From an uncultured Clostridia bacterium (GTDB lineage: Bacteria; Bacillota; Clostridia; Oscillospirales; Acutalibacteraceae), in assembly GCA_947625785.1 (NCBI GenBank), contig CANQPS010000014.1, forward strand, positions 11,241 to 75,240: 64,000 nucleotides of DNA, read 5' to 3'. Of the stretch, positions 38,481 through 50,091 are shown piece by piece. The notes beneath the pieces are model-generated. The model saw nothing but the letters and a program-made list of their open reading frames with translations, ran no database searches and was not told where the DNA came from. The stretch's first letter is position 1; the number at the start of each line of letters is the position of its first letter. Made by a program: the position numbers and the translations under genes.

Positions 38481-39992
38481 TTATTTTATAAGTGAAACTC
38501 CGTCCATTTCTTTTGGCTGAGGTAATCCCATAATTTGTAAAATTGTCGGTGCAATATCAGCGAGTTTACCACCTTCACGCAGTTCGCAAGGGTAACCAAC
38601 TACGCAGAATGGAACAGGATTTGTTGTATGTGCGGTAAAAGGCGAACCATCATCTTCAAACATTTTATCAGCATTACCGTGGTCTGCTGTAATAAGTGAT
38701 ACGCCACCCATTTTAGCAATAGCATCTGTAATTCTGCCTACACACTTATCGACTGCCTCAACAGCCTTAACAGCCGCATCAAATACACCTGTGTGTCCTA
38801 CCATATCACAGTTAGCAAAATTAAGAATAATGACATCATATTTGCCGCTTTCAATTTGTTCTACGCACTTATCAGTAACCTCATATGCACTCATTTCCGG
38901 TTGTAAGTCATATGTTGCAACTTGCGGAGATTTTACAAGTATCCTATCTTCCCCATCTGAAATTGTTTCTACGCCGCCATTAAAGAAAAATGTCACATGT
39001 GCATATTTTTCTGTTTCAGCAATTCTAAGTTGTTTCATATTATTTTCAGCGAGATATTCGCCAAGCGTATTTTTAAGTGATTGAGGCTTAAATGCAACAT
39101 TCACATTAGGCATTGTAGCGTCATATTGTGTCATACAAACATAATTAAGAGGGAAAAATCCATTTTTACGCTTAAAGCCCGAAAAATCCTTGTCAACAAA
39201 ACTACGAGTAATTTCTCTTGCTCTATCAGGACGGAAATTAAAGAATATTACGGAATCACCTTCACTAATCGTTCCGTCTTTTTCACAAACCGTTGGCAAT
39301 AAAAATTCATCTGTAACTTCATTTGCATAAGATTCCTCGATAGCTTTTACAGGATTATCACATTGTACGCCTTCACCATATACCATAGCAGAATATGCAC
39401 GCTCCACACGCTCCCAACGATTATCTCTGTCCATAGCATAGTAGCGTCCCATAACAGTAGCTATTTTACCAACACCGATTTTATTTAACTCATCAACACA
39501 ATCCGCAACAAAATCTTTTGCACTTGTAGGCGGAACATCACGGCCATCGAGTAATGCGTGAATATAAACTTTATTAAGACCTTTTTTCTTAGCAAGTTCA
39601 ACAAGTGCATAAAGATGTGTATTATGGCTATGAACTCCGCCATCTGAAAGTAAACCAATTAAATGTAATGCCTTATTATTGTTAATGGCACTGTCAACTG
39701 CATTTACAAGAGCTTCATTTTCAAAAAAAGTACCATCTTTAATAGATTTCGTAATTCTTGTAAGTTCTTGATAAACAACCCTGCCGGCACCCATATTTGT
39801 ATGACCGACTTCGCTGTTACCCATCTGACCATCCGGTAAACCAACATTCATACCCGATGCACCTATTTGGGTAATAGGATTTTCACTGAAAAGTTTGTCT
39901 AAATTTGGCTTTTTAGCTGCATATATAGCATTTCCATCTTTTCCGGCACAGCCAAAACCATCAAGTATCATAAGAATTAAAGGTTTTTTCAT
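38481..39992 (-). CDS. gpmI: 2,3-bisphosphoglycerate-independent phosphoglycerate mutase. The start is at the MKKPLILMILDGFG Met; the track's upstream extension is unlikely.
   Basis: The iPGM N-terminal motif follows an aggag RBS. Metal-binding motifs run throughout. Confidence 0.93.
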   Translation of the reverse strand: MKKPLILMILDGFGCAGKDGNAIYAAKKPNLDKLFSENPITQIGASGMNVGLPDGQMGNSEVGHTNMGAGRVVYQELTRITKSIKDGTFFENEALVNAVDSAINNNKALHLIGLLSDGGVHSHNTHLYALVELAKKKGLNKVYIHALLDGRDVPPTSAKDFVADCVDELNKIGVGKIATVMGRYYAMDRDNRWERVERAYSAMVYGEGVQCDNPVKAIEESYANEVTDEFLLPTVCEKDGTISEGDSVIFFNFRPDRAREITRSFVDKDFSGFKRKNGFFPLNYVCMTQYDATMPNVNVAFKPQSLKNTLGEYLAENNMKQLRIAETEKYAHVTFFFNGGVETISDGEDRILVKSPQVATYDLQPEMSAYEVTDKCVEQIESGKYDVIILNFANCDMVGHTGVFDAAVKAVEAVDKCVGRITDAIAKMGGVSLITADHGNADKMFEDDGSPFTAHTTNPVPFCVVGYPCELREGGKLADIAPTILQIMGLPQPKEMDGVSLIK

Positions 39993-40090
39993 AGTATTAT
40001 AAACTCCTTCTGAATTTTTATATTTATTATTTGCACAATAATAGCTGATAAACCTAAACAAAGAGCTTATCAGCTATAAAATCTCTATAA

Positions 40091-40858
40091 TTATATACTT
40101 GCAGCTTCGAGAAGTACACCAAAATCATTAGCTTTTAATGATGCACCGCCAATAAGTCCACCGTCAACATCAGGTTGAGCAAGTAATTCAGCAGCATTTT
40201 TAGGATTCATAGAACCGCCGTATTGAATTGTAAGGGCATCAGCATCAGCCTGTGTATAAAGTTTTGCAACTGTCGCACGAATTAAAGAACAAACCTCATT
40301 TGCTTGTTCCGCACTTGCAGTTTTACCTGTACCGATAGCCCATACAGGTTCATAAGCAATAATAACATTCTTTAATTGCTCAGCAGTTACTCCAAGTAAT
40401 GCAACTTTTGTTTGCATAGCAACGATTTCATCTGTAATTCCTTTTTCTCTTTCGTCAAGCATTTCTCCAACACAAACGATAACATTTAATCCTGCAGCAA
40501 GTGCAGCTTTTGTTCTTTTATTTACAGTTACATCTGTTTCACCAAAGTATTGACGGCGTTCGCTATGTCCGATAATTACATATTCTACTCCTACTTCTTT
40601 GAGCATATCAGCAGAAACCTCACCGGTAAAAGCACCACTTTTTTCAAAGTGGCAATTTTCAGCACCAACTTTTATATTAGTACCTGCTGTGAGAGCGACA
40701 GCAGTTTCAAGATTTGTGTATGGTACACAAATAACAACTCCACAAGCAGCCTTCTCAGCTATTGGCTTTAATTCTTCGATAAGAGCCTTTGCCTCAGGAC
40801 GAGTTTTATTCATTTTCCAATTACCAGCAATAACAGCTTGTCTTAATTTCTTATTCAT
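40091..40858 (-). CDS. tpiA: Triosephosphate isomerase
   Basis: It has AGNWKMNKT and AYEPVWAIGTGKTA motifs. Confidence 0.95.
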   Translation of the reverse strand: MNKKLRQAVIAGNWKMNKTRPEAKALIEELKPIAEKAACGVVICVPYTNLETAVALTAGTNIKVGAENCHFEKSGAFTGEVSADMLKEVGVEYVIIGHSERRQYFGETDVTVNKRTKAALAAGLNVIVCVGEMLDEREKGITDEIVAMQTKVALLGVTAEQLKNVIIAYEPVWAIGTGKTASAEQANEVCSLIRATVAKLYTQADADALTIQYGGSMNPKNAAELLAQPDVDGGLIGGASLKANDFGVLLEAASI

Positions 40859-40935
40859 ACCTATAAATACCTCTTTTTTAATGTAATATAATTATAGGGC
40901 AAGATATAGTTATCTTGCCCTAATTTATCAGAAAA

Positions 40936-42129
40936 TTATTTATCGTTTAGGCAAGCAATACCCGGAAGTACTTTACCCTCTAAAAATTCAAGAGAAGCAC
41001 CACCACCTGTTGAGATGTGAGTCATCTTGTCTGCAAAGCCAAGATTTTCAACAGCAGCAGCAGAGTCGCCGCCGCCAATAATCGAGATTGCATCACTTTC
41101 AGCAACAGCCTTTGCAACAGCGATAGTACCACTTGCAAAGTTTTCCCATTCTGAAACACCCATAGGTCCGTTCCAAACAACTGTGCCTGCATTTTTTACA
41201 GCCTCAGCATAAACAGCCTCAGTCTTAGGGCCTATATCAAGTCCCATCCAACCGTCAGGAATAGCATCAGAATCAACAATTTGGAAATTTGCATCTGCTG
41301 CATATTTATCAGCAACTTTATTATCGCTTGGGATTAGGAATTTAACACCCTTTTCCTTAGCTTTGGCCATAATATCCTTAGCAAGTTCAACTTTATCGTT
41401 CTCGCATATTGATGTACCGATTGGATAACCAAGAGCCTTAAGGAATGTATAAGCCATACCTCCACCAATAATAAGAGTATCAACTTTTTCTATAAGATTT
41501 GTAATAACTCCAATTTTGTCTGAAACCTTGGCACCACCGAGAATAGCAACAAACGGACGCTTTGGTTCTGTTAAAGCACCGCCCATAATTGATATTTCTT
41601 TTTGAATAAGATAACCACAAACTGATGGCAAGTAATCAGCAACACCGGCTGTTGAAGCGTGTGCTCTATGAGCTGTGCCAAATGCATCATTTACATATAT
41701 TTCAGCAAGTGAAGCTAATTTCTTTGAAAATTCCGGATCATTTTTTTCTTCTTCCTTATGGAAACGAACATTTTCGATAAGAGCAACTTCGCCATCTTGT
41801 AAAGATGCAGAAATGCTTTGAGCACTCTCGCCTACTACATCAGCAGCCATTTTAACTTCTTTGCCGAGAGCCTTTGAAAGATAAGCAGCAACAGGGGCAA
41901 GTGAATACTTCATATTAAATTCGCCCTTTGGACGACCAAGATGTGAACAAAGGATAACCTTTGCATTATTATCAACGAGATACTTAATAGTTTTAAGAGC
42001 CTCGTTTATGCGCTTAGGGTCTGAAATATTGCCCTCAGCATCAAATGGTACATTGAAATCGCAGCGAACAAGAACTTTTTTTCCTGCAACATCAATATCT
42101 TCGACAGTTTTCTTGTTAAGATAATTCAT
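40936..42129 (-). CDS. pgk: Phosphoglycerate kinase
   Basis: 397 aa with Pgk N- and C-domain motifs (RCDFNVP, GGGASLE). Confidence 0.95.
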   Translation of the reverse strand: MNYLNKKTVEDIDVAGKKVLVRCDFNVPFDAEGNISDPKRINEALKTIKYLVDNNAKVILCSHLGRPKGEFNMKYSLAPVAAYLSKALGKEVKMAADVVGESAQSISASLQDGEVALIENVRFHKEEEKNDPEFSKKLASLAEIYVNDAFGTAHRAHASTAGVADYLPSVCGYLIQKEISIMGGALTEPKRPFVAILGGAKVSDKIGVITNLIEKVDTLIIGGGMAYTFLKALGYPIGTSICENDKVELAKDIMAKAKEKGVKFLIPSDNKVADKYAADANFQIVDSDAIPDGWMGLDIGPKTEAVYAEAVKNAGTVVWNGPMGVSEWENFASGTIAVAKAVAESDAISIIGGGDSAAAVENLGFADKMTHISTGGGASLEFLEGKVLPGIACLNDK

Positions 42130-42340
42130 TGTTGAAACAATCCTTTCGATTTATAATTTTTTTCGTTCATATAATAAACTTATACCAATACTATTCTATA
42201 ACAAAAATTGTTATTTTTCAATACATATTTGTATTTATTTTACAGTTTTCACATAAAACTGCATTAGTAAGCCAGTATTTCGCTATTAAAATTAAAAAAT
42301 TTTATTTTTATGAACCTTATATAAACAGTATTACAGATAA

Positions 42341-42838
42341 TTACCATTCATATTCTCTTAATCTTCCCTTTTCTAAAAGTTCCGGAAAATTCCATTGTCT
42401 TAGAGTTTCATAAACGGCGATAGCCACAGAATTAGACAAATTTAAACTTCTTGCTTCATCTATCATAGGTATTCTTACTGTTGTATCAGGATTATCGTGG
42501 AGTAATTTTTCCGGTAAGCCAGCCGTTTCTTTTCCGAATAACAGATAACAATTATCCGGATAACTTATATCGGTATATTTTTGATTGGCTTTTGTAGAGA
42601 AAAAATAGTACTTACCATTCTTAGTTTTTTCAAAAAAGTCATCAAGATTTTCATAATAAGTTATATCAAGAAAATGCCAGTAATCAAGACCTGCTCTTTT
42701 TAATTGTTTATCATCAATTTTAAAGCCAAGCGGTTTAACAAGATGTAATCTTGCACCCGTTGCGGCACACGTTCTTGCTACATTACCTGTATTTTGAGGA
42801 ATTTCAGGCTCAACCATAACAATATTTAAAATTGCCAT
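42341..42838 (-). CDS. trmL: tRNA (cytidine/uridine-2'-O)-methyltransferase TrmL (SpoU family)
   Basis: LNIVMVEPEIPQNTGNVARTCAATGARLHLV is a SPOUT-class motif. The start is at Met preceded by ggggg. Confidence 0.85.
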   Translation of the reverse strand: MAILNIVMVEPEIPQNTGNVARTCAATGARLHLVKPLGFKIDDKQLKRAGLDYWHFLDITYYENLDDFFEKTKNGKYYFFSTKANQKYTDISYPDNCYLLFGKETAGLPEKLLHDNPDTTVRIPMIDEARSLNLSNSVAIAVYETLRQWNFPELLEKGRLREYEW

Positions 42839-42980
42839 AATTACTTTTACCCCCGTTAATATAATTTTGCAAATGATATTATACAACACGGTTTAAAATA
42901 TTACAAGAAATTACTAAATATTATAAATGATAAAAATTAAAAATTCTCTTAACGCTCTTAAAAACTTCTATATTAATATT

Positions 42981-44318
42981 TTATTGAATATCATTTGAAT
43001 CAAAAGGGTCACCACAATTTGGACAGAACTTTGGCGGATTTGAAGGGTCGGAAGGCTGCCAACCACATTTATCGCATCTATACACAGTTGAAGATGCCGG
43101 TTTGCTTTTACCGCAATTCATACAAAATTTTCCGCTATTAACCGTACCACAAATACAAGTCCATTGAGAGTTGTTATTTTGTACAGGTAACGGTTTCTGC
43201 CTTCCGCAATTCATACAAAACTTTCCTGTATTTTGTGAACCGCACTGACATATCCAAGTATTTGCATTACTATTGTTATTAAAATTATTAAAATTATTAT
43301 TAACTTGTTGCTGTTGTCCCATCTGGTACAGATTTTGTGCATTCATACCACCCATTTGGCTTGCCATATTCATTCCCATAAATCCGACAGCAGCACCATT
43401 TTTATTATTTGCAGCTGCTCTCATAGCATCAGATTGAGCTCCCACCAATGTAGCAGCAGCCATAGTAGGGTCACGCAATATAGCTGCGTGTTGTGCCTGT
43501 TTAATCATATTTGCGTCTTCTTCCGGCAGAGTTATAGGATTTAACGCAACAGATACAACTGCAAGACCTCTTAATTCAGTCCATTTTTTTGTTAAGGCCT
43601 CGTTTATAGCTTCGGCTAATTCCTCGGCGTGTGACGGTAAGTCGCTTGGACGAACCTGCAATCCCGAAATTTTTGCAAATGCAGGTTGTAAGGCACTTAC
43701 AAACTCTGTTTTTAACTGTCTGTCAATGTCTGCTCTTGTGTATTCTCTTTCAACATTACCACAAACATTGGTATAGAATAATAATGGATTTACTATTTTA
43801 TAGGAATAAACACCATTGCAGCGTACGGATACATCTATATCAAGACCAATATTTCTATCTACTACCCTAAACGGTATTGGATTAGCTGTACCAAATTTAT
43901 TATCAACTAATTCTTTTGTATTAAAGTAATAAACTCTTTGGTCTTTGCCTGTATCACCGCCATAAGTAAATCTACGACCTATTGTTCTGAAAGTTTGTTT
44001 AATGCCTTCTCCCAAACTGCCGGTAAAAATGCTCGGTTCTGACGAAGTGTTATAAGTATATTCACCAGGCTCGGCACATACCTCAACTATCTTTCCCTGC
44101 TCGACAATAATCATACATTGACCATCAGCAACAGCTATTCCTGAACCATTAGAAATAATATTATCGTTTCCGTGAGTATTTGAAGAGCGTTTTGTTATTC
44201 TTTTTTTGCCTTTTACAACAAGGACATCACTGCTTAATGCCTCACAATAAATAAATTCTTTCCATTGGTCTGCCATAGTTCCGTTAAATGCTCCAAGAGC
44301 GGCTTTAATTAATCCCAT
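42981..44318 (-). CDS. SPFH/band-7 domain protein with three C-terminal zinc-ribbons (COG4260-like)
   Basis: It has an SPFH-like N-terminal two-thirds, a Q/N-rich linker, then WICQCG...CMNCG, WTCICG...CMNCG and YRCDKCG...CPNCG. Confidence 0.65.
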   Translation of the reverse strand: MGLIKAALGAFNGTMADQWKEFIYCEALSSDVLVVKGKKRITKRSSNTHGNDNIISNGSGIAVADGQCMIIVEQGKIVEVCAEPGEYTYNTSSEPSIFTGSLGEGIKQTFRTIGRRFTYGGDTGKDQRVYYFNTKELVDNKFGTANPIPFRVVDRNIGLDIDVSVRCNGVYSYKIVNPLLFYTNVCGNVEREYTRADIDRQLKTEFVSALQPAFAKISGLQVRPSDLPSHAEELAEAINEALTKKWTELRGLAVVSVALNPITLPEEDANMIKQAQHAAILRDPTMAAATLVGAQSDAMRAAANNKNGAAVGFMGMNMASQMGGMNAQNLYQMGQQQQVNNNFNNFNNNSNANTWICQCGSQNTGKFCMNCGRQKPLPVQNNNSQWTCICGTVNSGKFCMNCGKSKPASSTVYRCDKCGWQPSDPSNPPKFCPNCGDPFDSNDIQ

Positions 44319-44499
44319 TTTTATTAACTCCTTTCATTAAGTACTACTATTGTATCATATTTTTTATAAAAAAACTACATATTTTTATTTATATTTACAA
44401 TATATTAATTTTTTATTTCCATAATATTACAATAGTATATCAATTAAAGATGATAATACTATATATAAACATTAATTATATAAATAAGGAGTTATTAAA

Positions 44500-44688
44500 A
44501 TGTGTAAATCTGTTATATGTGCTATGAAATGCATAATATTAAGTATAATAATAGGTATGATATTTGGAGCTATGTGCTGCTGTAAAATAAAAAATAATAA
44601 AAAGATGCAAAGAAAAGCTAATAAAGCACTAAATGCGGTGGAAGATTTTATGGAAGATATGCCCCAAATATTTAAACATCAAAAATAA
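44500..44688 (+). CDS. Possible small Cys-rich membrane peptide (62 aa)
   Basis: An ORF with an aaggag RBS, a hydrophobic N-half with CCC and a basic C-half. It may be spurious. Confidence 0.3.
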   Translation: MCKSVICAMKCIILSIIIGMIFGAMCCCKIKNNKKMQRKANKALNAVEDFMEDMPQIFKHQK

Positions 44689-44710
44689 TATTTTAATAAA
44701 AATAACAAAA

Positions 44711-44739
44711 GCCGATTAACTTTATAAAAGTCAATCGGC
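44711..44739. terminator. Bidirectional terminator after ilvC
   Basis: GCCGATTAAC-loop-GTCAATCGGC hairpin with T-runs on both strands. Confidence 0.6.
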
Positions 44740-44760
44740 ATAATTAATATATTATAAAGA

Positions 44761-45822
<1,062 letters not shown>

Positions 45823-46029
45823 TCACTGTACAAAAGTATAGCTTTTACATATATACTAAATTATATAACACATATTGTTCTATGTCAATATAGAAATTCC
45901 TTTTTCAATATATATCATTGTAGGATTACAATTGATATGTTACAGTTATAAAAAAAGATAGCAAATAGGAAGAACCTGTGTTACAGTTAATTTACCACAA
46001 AAAACATAACAAAGGAGAACCTATTTGAT

Positions 46030-46978
46030 ATGAATACTGTAACACAAAAGATGAAGTTTCGTCAATTCCTAATCAAATATTCTGAGAAGCATGGAGTGAC
46101 AAAGGCAGTAATTAAATATGATGTTACTCGTCAATATATTTATTTCTGGAAAAGAAGATATGACGGGACCCCTCAATCGCTGGCAGATCGTTCACATAGA
46201 CCAAAATATCATCCTAAACAGCATACAGAGGAAGAAATAAAGCTGATAAAGGATATGAGGAAAAGAAATCCTCACGCAGGACTTGTAGTATTCTGGGTCA
46301 AGCTGCGATTAAGAGGATATAAAAGAAGCATAACAGGACTTTACCGTATGCTCCGGAAGTTCGGAGAACCTCGCCAAACACCTCCGAACCCAAAATACAT
46401 TACAAAGCCTTATGAGAAAATGCTGTATCCGGGACAAAGAGTACAGGTAGATGTCAAAGTTGTACCAACTGCTTGTATTGTAGGTGATGCTAAAGGAGAG
46501 AAGTTCTATCAATATACAGCCATTGATGAATACTCCCGGTTCAGATATATTGAGGCTTTTAAAGAGCAGAACACATATTCTTCAAAAGTTTTTCTTGAGC
46601 ATATGGCTCAAGGCATTTCCTTTTAATATCGAGTGTGTTCAGACTGACAACGGTTTTGAGTTTACCAAGAGGTTTGGCGGCAGTAAAAATCCAAAAGATA
46701 TGACACTCTTTGAGGTATACCTCAAAGAAAAGGGAATAAGACACAAGCTGATCAAGCCCTACGCTCCAAGACACAATGGTAAGGTGGAGCGGTCAAATAG
46801 AAAAGACAATGAATACTTCTATGCAACACACTCTTTCTACTCGTTTGAAGATTTTGAAAAGCAATTAGCTGTTCACAGCAGAAAATATAATAACTTCCCT
46901 ATGCACCCTTTGAATTGGAAATCCCCTTGTCAGATTATACGTCATTTCTTGCAAACAGGCGAATTTGATGCTATTTAA
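46030..46978 (+). pseudogene. IS481-family-like DDE transposase, frameshifted between catalytic D residues
   Basis: Two overlapping ORFs (46030..46626 and 46484..46978) carry an N-terminal HTH and an rve core (QYTAIDEYSRF / QTDNGFEF / KPYAPRHNGKVER). The frame switches near 46600 (…EHMAQGISF* versus …LKAFPFNIECVQTD). Confidence 0.7.
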
Positions 46979-47650
46979 AAAATCTGCCTTTCCAGTTCCT
47001 TGCGATCGGCTGTTTTCCTGTGCGCAGCCATAGCGCACAGTTCCCGAAGCAGTTTCCCGTCGTCCCGAAGTGCCAGATTCGCCTTTTCCCGAATGTCCTG
47101 CAGGATGGTTTCCTGTGCTTCTTTGCTCGGCAGGAAATGGTGGGTGCAGTATTCCCGTCCGTTGTTCCGATAGGTACGGCAGCAGTAGAATTCTCGGTTT
47201 TTCCCTTTTTTCTTACTGTTGCACGTAATGGATTTTCCACAATCGGCACACTTCAGATATCCGTTTAGAATGCCCTTGGGAATGAGGTCGACATTCTGAT
47301 GCCGCACAGAGATGGTTCGCTGCACCGTTTCAAAGGTTTCCTTGTCGATGATCGGCTCGTGTATTCCTTCCACGATCACCAGATTCTCTGGTTCGCTCCG
47401 AATCCGCTTTTTCAATTCGAATGATACGGTGGGATGCTTGTTGCCTACGATGGCTCCGGTATAGGCTCGGTCATGCAGCATCTTACGAATCGTTTGCTCC
47501 GGCCACACATACTTGTCCCGAACGGGCTTTATGCAGTTGTATCCCAGCTCTGCATAACGGTAGGACGGACAAAGCACCTGTTCGTTTTTCAGTATCGTCC
47601 CGATGGCTCTGCCGCCGTAGTCTTGCAGAGCAAGGTCGAAGATACACCGC
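46975..47650 (-). pseudogene. Large serine recombinase, C-terminal fragment (recombinase domain, zinc-ribbon, coiled coil). The N-terminal catalytic domain is missing and the gene is truncated by the IS3-family element.
   Basis: YVWPEQTIRKMLHDRAYTGAIVGNKH is a recombinase-domain motif and GYLKCADCGKSITC...CC...C is a zinc-ribbon recombinase motif. The frame runs as nonsense into the IS inverted repeat at 47651. This segment is about 55% GC against about 30% for the host. Confidence 0.7.
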
Positions 47651-47725
47651 ACTGATGGTGTATAATAAAACTTGACACAATCCAAACAATCAAAGTATAT
47701 TAAAATAAGAAGCAGAGTGTCAAAA

Positions 47726-48055
47726 ATGGGAACAGGAAAACAGTATGATGAGGAATTTAAGAAGCAGGCTGTAAAGCTTGCAAAAGAAATAGGAAACACA
47801 GCGGCTGCCAAGGAGTTGGGTGTTCCGAAAGGAACATTAGGAACATGGATGGGTAAAGCAAGAGCAGGAGAAATAGACACAGGATCAGGAACTCGCACTC
47901 CCGAGGAGTCGCTGAATCTTGCACAGCAGCTGCAAGCAGCAAATAAGCGAATAAAAGAACTGGAAAAGAAAAACCGAGAGTTAGAAGAGCTGAATGAGTT
48001 TCTGGAGGAGGCTTCCGCTTTTTTCGCTGCGAGCCGTCGGAAGTCGGGAAAATAG
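47726..48055 (+). CDS. IS3-family transposase OrfA (HTH plus leucine zipper)
   Basis: MGTGKQYDEEFKKQAVKLAKE...LGVPKGTLGTWM followed by a coiled-coil ELEKKNRELEELNEFLEEA. Confidence 0.8.
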   Translation: MGTGKQYDEEFKKQAVKLAKEIGNTAAAKELGVPKGTLGTWMGKARAGEIDTGSGTRTPEESLNLAQQLQAANKRIKELEKKNRELEELNEFLEEASAFFAASRRKSGK

Positions 48056-48362
48056 AGCGATTAAAGTTCATTGCATTGAAGACCGACGACGGCAGAATCA
48101 CCGGGAAGATCAGCTTTTATTGCAGAGCCTTGGAGGTTAGCAGATCAGCATTTTATGACTACCTTGCTTGCAGGGATAATCCATGGAAATACGAACCGCT
48201 TGCGAAAGAAATGATGAAAATACATAACGAGGATAAGTATAACGACTGCTACGGTAGAGAGCGTATGTATATGGCTCTAATGCAAAAGAAAGGAGCAGGA
48301 GAAATCAATATTGACATACTGAAATTATCAATAACCCTTGACACATTTTCCTCGAACAAATT

Positions 48363-48998
48363 TCAAGCAGCAATGCTCAAACTTTCGTAGTAGTGCTTTC
48401 TCTTGATAGCCGGAGGCAGACCACCGTTTGCAGTACAAATTCTTCTGTTTGCCCAATAGCTCATATAATATCTCCAAATTATTGTTTTCAATTCTGACAT
48501 CGTGTAATTATCAGACTTATCGCTGCGGCTGTAAAACAGCTCCTCTTTCATTCTTGCCCACATACTTTCACACCGTGCATTGTCATGACATCTGCCGCCG
48601 GCACTGTTCATGCTTTGAATTATTCCGTATCTTTGTATTACAGCACGATATTCCGCACTTGTATACTGACTTCCTCTATCAGAGTGTATTATGCACCCCG
48701 AAATATCCGGATAAGCCTTTTTTGCATTTTCAATGGTATGACAGCAAAGCAAAGCCCTCATATTATCTTCAATGACAAGCCCCAGCGGCATTAAATCAAA
48801 ACAGTCAAATATTGCTGAAACATAGATTTTTCCATCTTTGGCTTTGAGCTCACTGATGTCGGTTACTGCTTTCTCAAGAGGCTTCTCAGCACTAAAATCA
48901 CGCTTTAGAAAATCGTCAGACTTGCGTGCTTCACGGTCAGCTTTAGTGATTCCGTTCGGTTTCCTGCGAGGCTTGTGGATAAGTCCAATCTGCTCCAT
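48363..48998 (-). pseudogene. IS3-family transposase OrfB segment carrying the integrase core (DDE), on the opposite strand from orfA
   Basis: RKVMEQIGL...KAVTDISE...HSDRGSQYTS...HDNARCES (D, D, E). It continues where the plus-strand orfB N-fragment (…YGRERMYMALMQKKGAGEIN) stops. Confidence 0.75.
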
Positions 48999-49091
48999 AA
49001 CCTTTCGAACGGTTGCTTCACATGGTAGGATTGTGTCAAGTTTTATTATACACCATCAGTCTGATTTTCTCAGAACTGACAGGACATGAAT

Positions 49092-50018
49092 TCAGATATT
49101 CTTTTTATTAAGATTAAGAATAATAATTGCTGATAAAATAAGAAGCATACCAACGATCTTTTCTATTGTTAAGCTTTCATTAAAAAATAATAATCCGACT
49201 ATTGCAGCTACAAACGGCTCAATAGTTGCAAAAACAGCGGCTTTTCCTGCCTCTGTTTTTTTAAGTCCGATCGTGTACAGCAAAAATGGCAGAACTGTAC
49301 ATATCAAAGCAAGAGCGATCCCTGAAATTATTGCCTTAAATGAAAACATAAGTGAAATATTATTCGTTATTTTTGAAATTGGTATTGCAAATACTGATGC
49401 AATGATAAAAGTATATGCAGTAATTGTCAGCGAATCATATTTATCCACAAGGTACTTCCCGAAAATACTATACAAAGCATATCCCAATCCTGCACCGAGA
49501 CCAAGTAAAACCGCTTTGTAAGAAATATTATCTGATGAAGATAAAACACCTGTTACCAACATCAATCCGACAAATGTCATAATAAGAGAAATAATTTTCT
49601 TTTTTGTGATTTTTTCCTTGAATAGAAACAGTGATATAATCATAACAAAAATCGGAGCAGTATAAAGCAGTAATGCAGGCAGTGACGAACCGCCAATAAC
49701 ATTTATCGCTTCAAAATAGCACAGATTAAAGAAAACTATGCTGCAAACTCCCGTTCCTATAAAAAGGGGAATGTCTTTTATTTTAATTTTAAGTTTTGAT
49801 TTATCTTTGACAAGGATCAGCAGCACCATCAGAATTGCAGATATCGTTACTCTTATACAGACGATTTCCATTGAATTAAAGCCGATTTCCTGAAGTACCC
49901 TTACAAATAAAGAAATTATTCCCCAGAGTATCCCTGCAACAATTATACAAACCGAATTTTTAATAATATCAGCTCCTTTATATTTTTTATTTTTTATTTC
50001 ATTACAAATAATTGTCAA
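49092..50018 (-). CDS. EamA/DMT-family transporter
   Basis: Ten TM helices in two EamA-like repeats. Confidence 0.75.
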   Translation of the reverse strand: MTIICNEIKNKKYKGADIIKNSVCIIVAGILWGIISLFVRVLQEIGFNSMEIVCIRVTISAILMVLLILVKDKSKLKIKIKDIPLFIGTGVCSIVFFNLCYFEAINVIGGSSLPALLLYTAPIFVMIISLFLFKEKITKKKIISLIMTFVGLMLVTGVLSSSDNISYKAVLLGLGAGLGYALYSIFGKYLVDKYDSLTITAYTFIIASVFAIPISKITNNISLMFSFKAIISGIALALICTVLPFLLYTIGLKKTEAGKAAVFATIEPFVAAIVGLLFFNESLTIEKIVGMLLILSAIIILNLNKKNI

Positions 50019-50027
50019 TAAATTACA

Positions 50028-50065
50028 GCAGGAACCCTAAATTTGTTTCGGGTTCCTGCTTTTTA
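50028..50065. terminator. Terminator hairpin between the EamA gene and the catabolic operon
   Basis: GCAGGAACCC-loop-GGGTTCCTGC followed by TTTTTA. Confidence 0.6.
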
Positions 50066-50091
50066 TATAGGCATAATTTTACGGAAACGGC

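Larger units (their letters stand above)
47651..49058 (+). mobile_element. IS3-family insertion sequence of 1408 bp with perfect 33-bp terminal inverted repeats and an internally inverted orfB segment
   Basis: ACTGATGGTGTATAATAAAACTTGACACAATCC at 47651-47683 is the exact reverse complement of 49026-49058. orfA lies at 47726..48055 (+). The orfB N-terminus lies at 48076..~48310 (+) in the -1 frame. The rest of orfB, including the DDE core, lies at 48363..48998 (-). Confidence 0.8.

Noticed and set aside
45917-46029. Terminal inverted repeats of the IS481-like element (the TGTTACAGTTA motif occurs twice upstream of the transposase)
   Set aside because: No matching inverted copy could be found at the 3' side near 46940-47000, so the element boundaries are undetermined. 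The repeated motif may be a target duplication or coincidence.
46975-47898. The full 307-aa minus-strand ORF reported in the track as one protein
   Set aside because: Only the part up to ~47650 is recombinase-like. The N-terminal 83 aa are read through the IS3 inverted repeat and orfA region and are nonsense, so it was reported as a truncated pseudogene.
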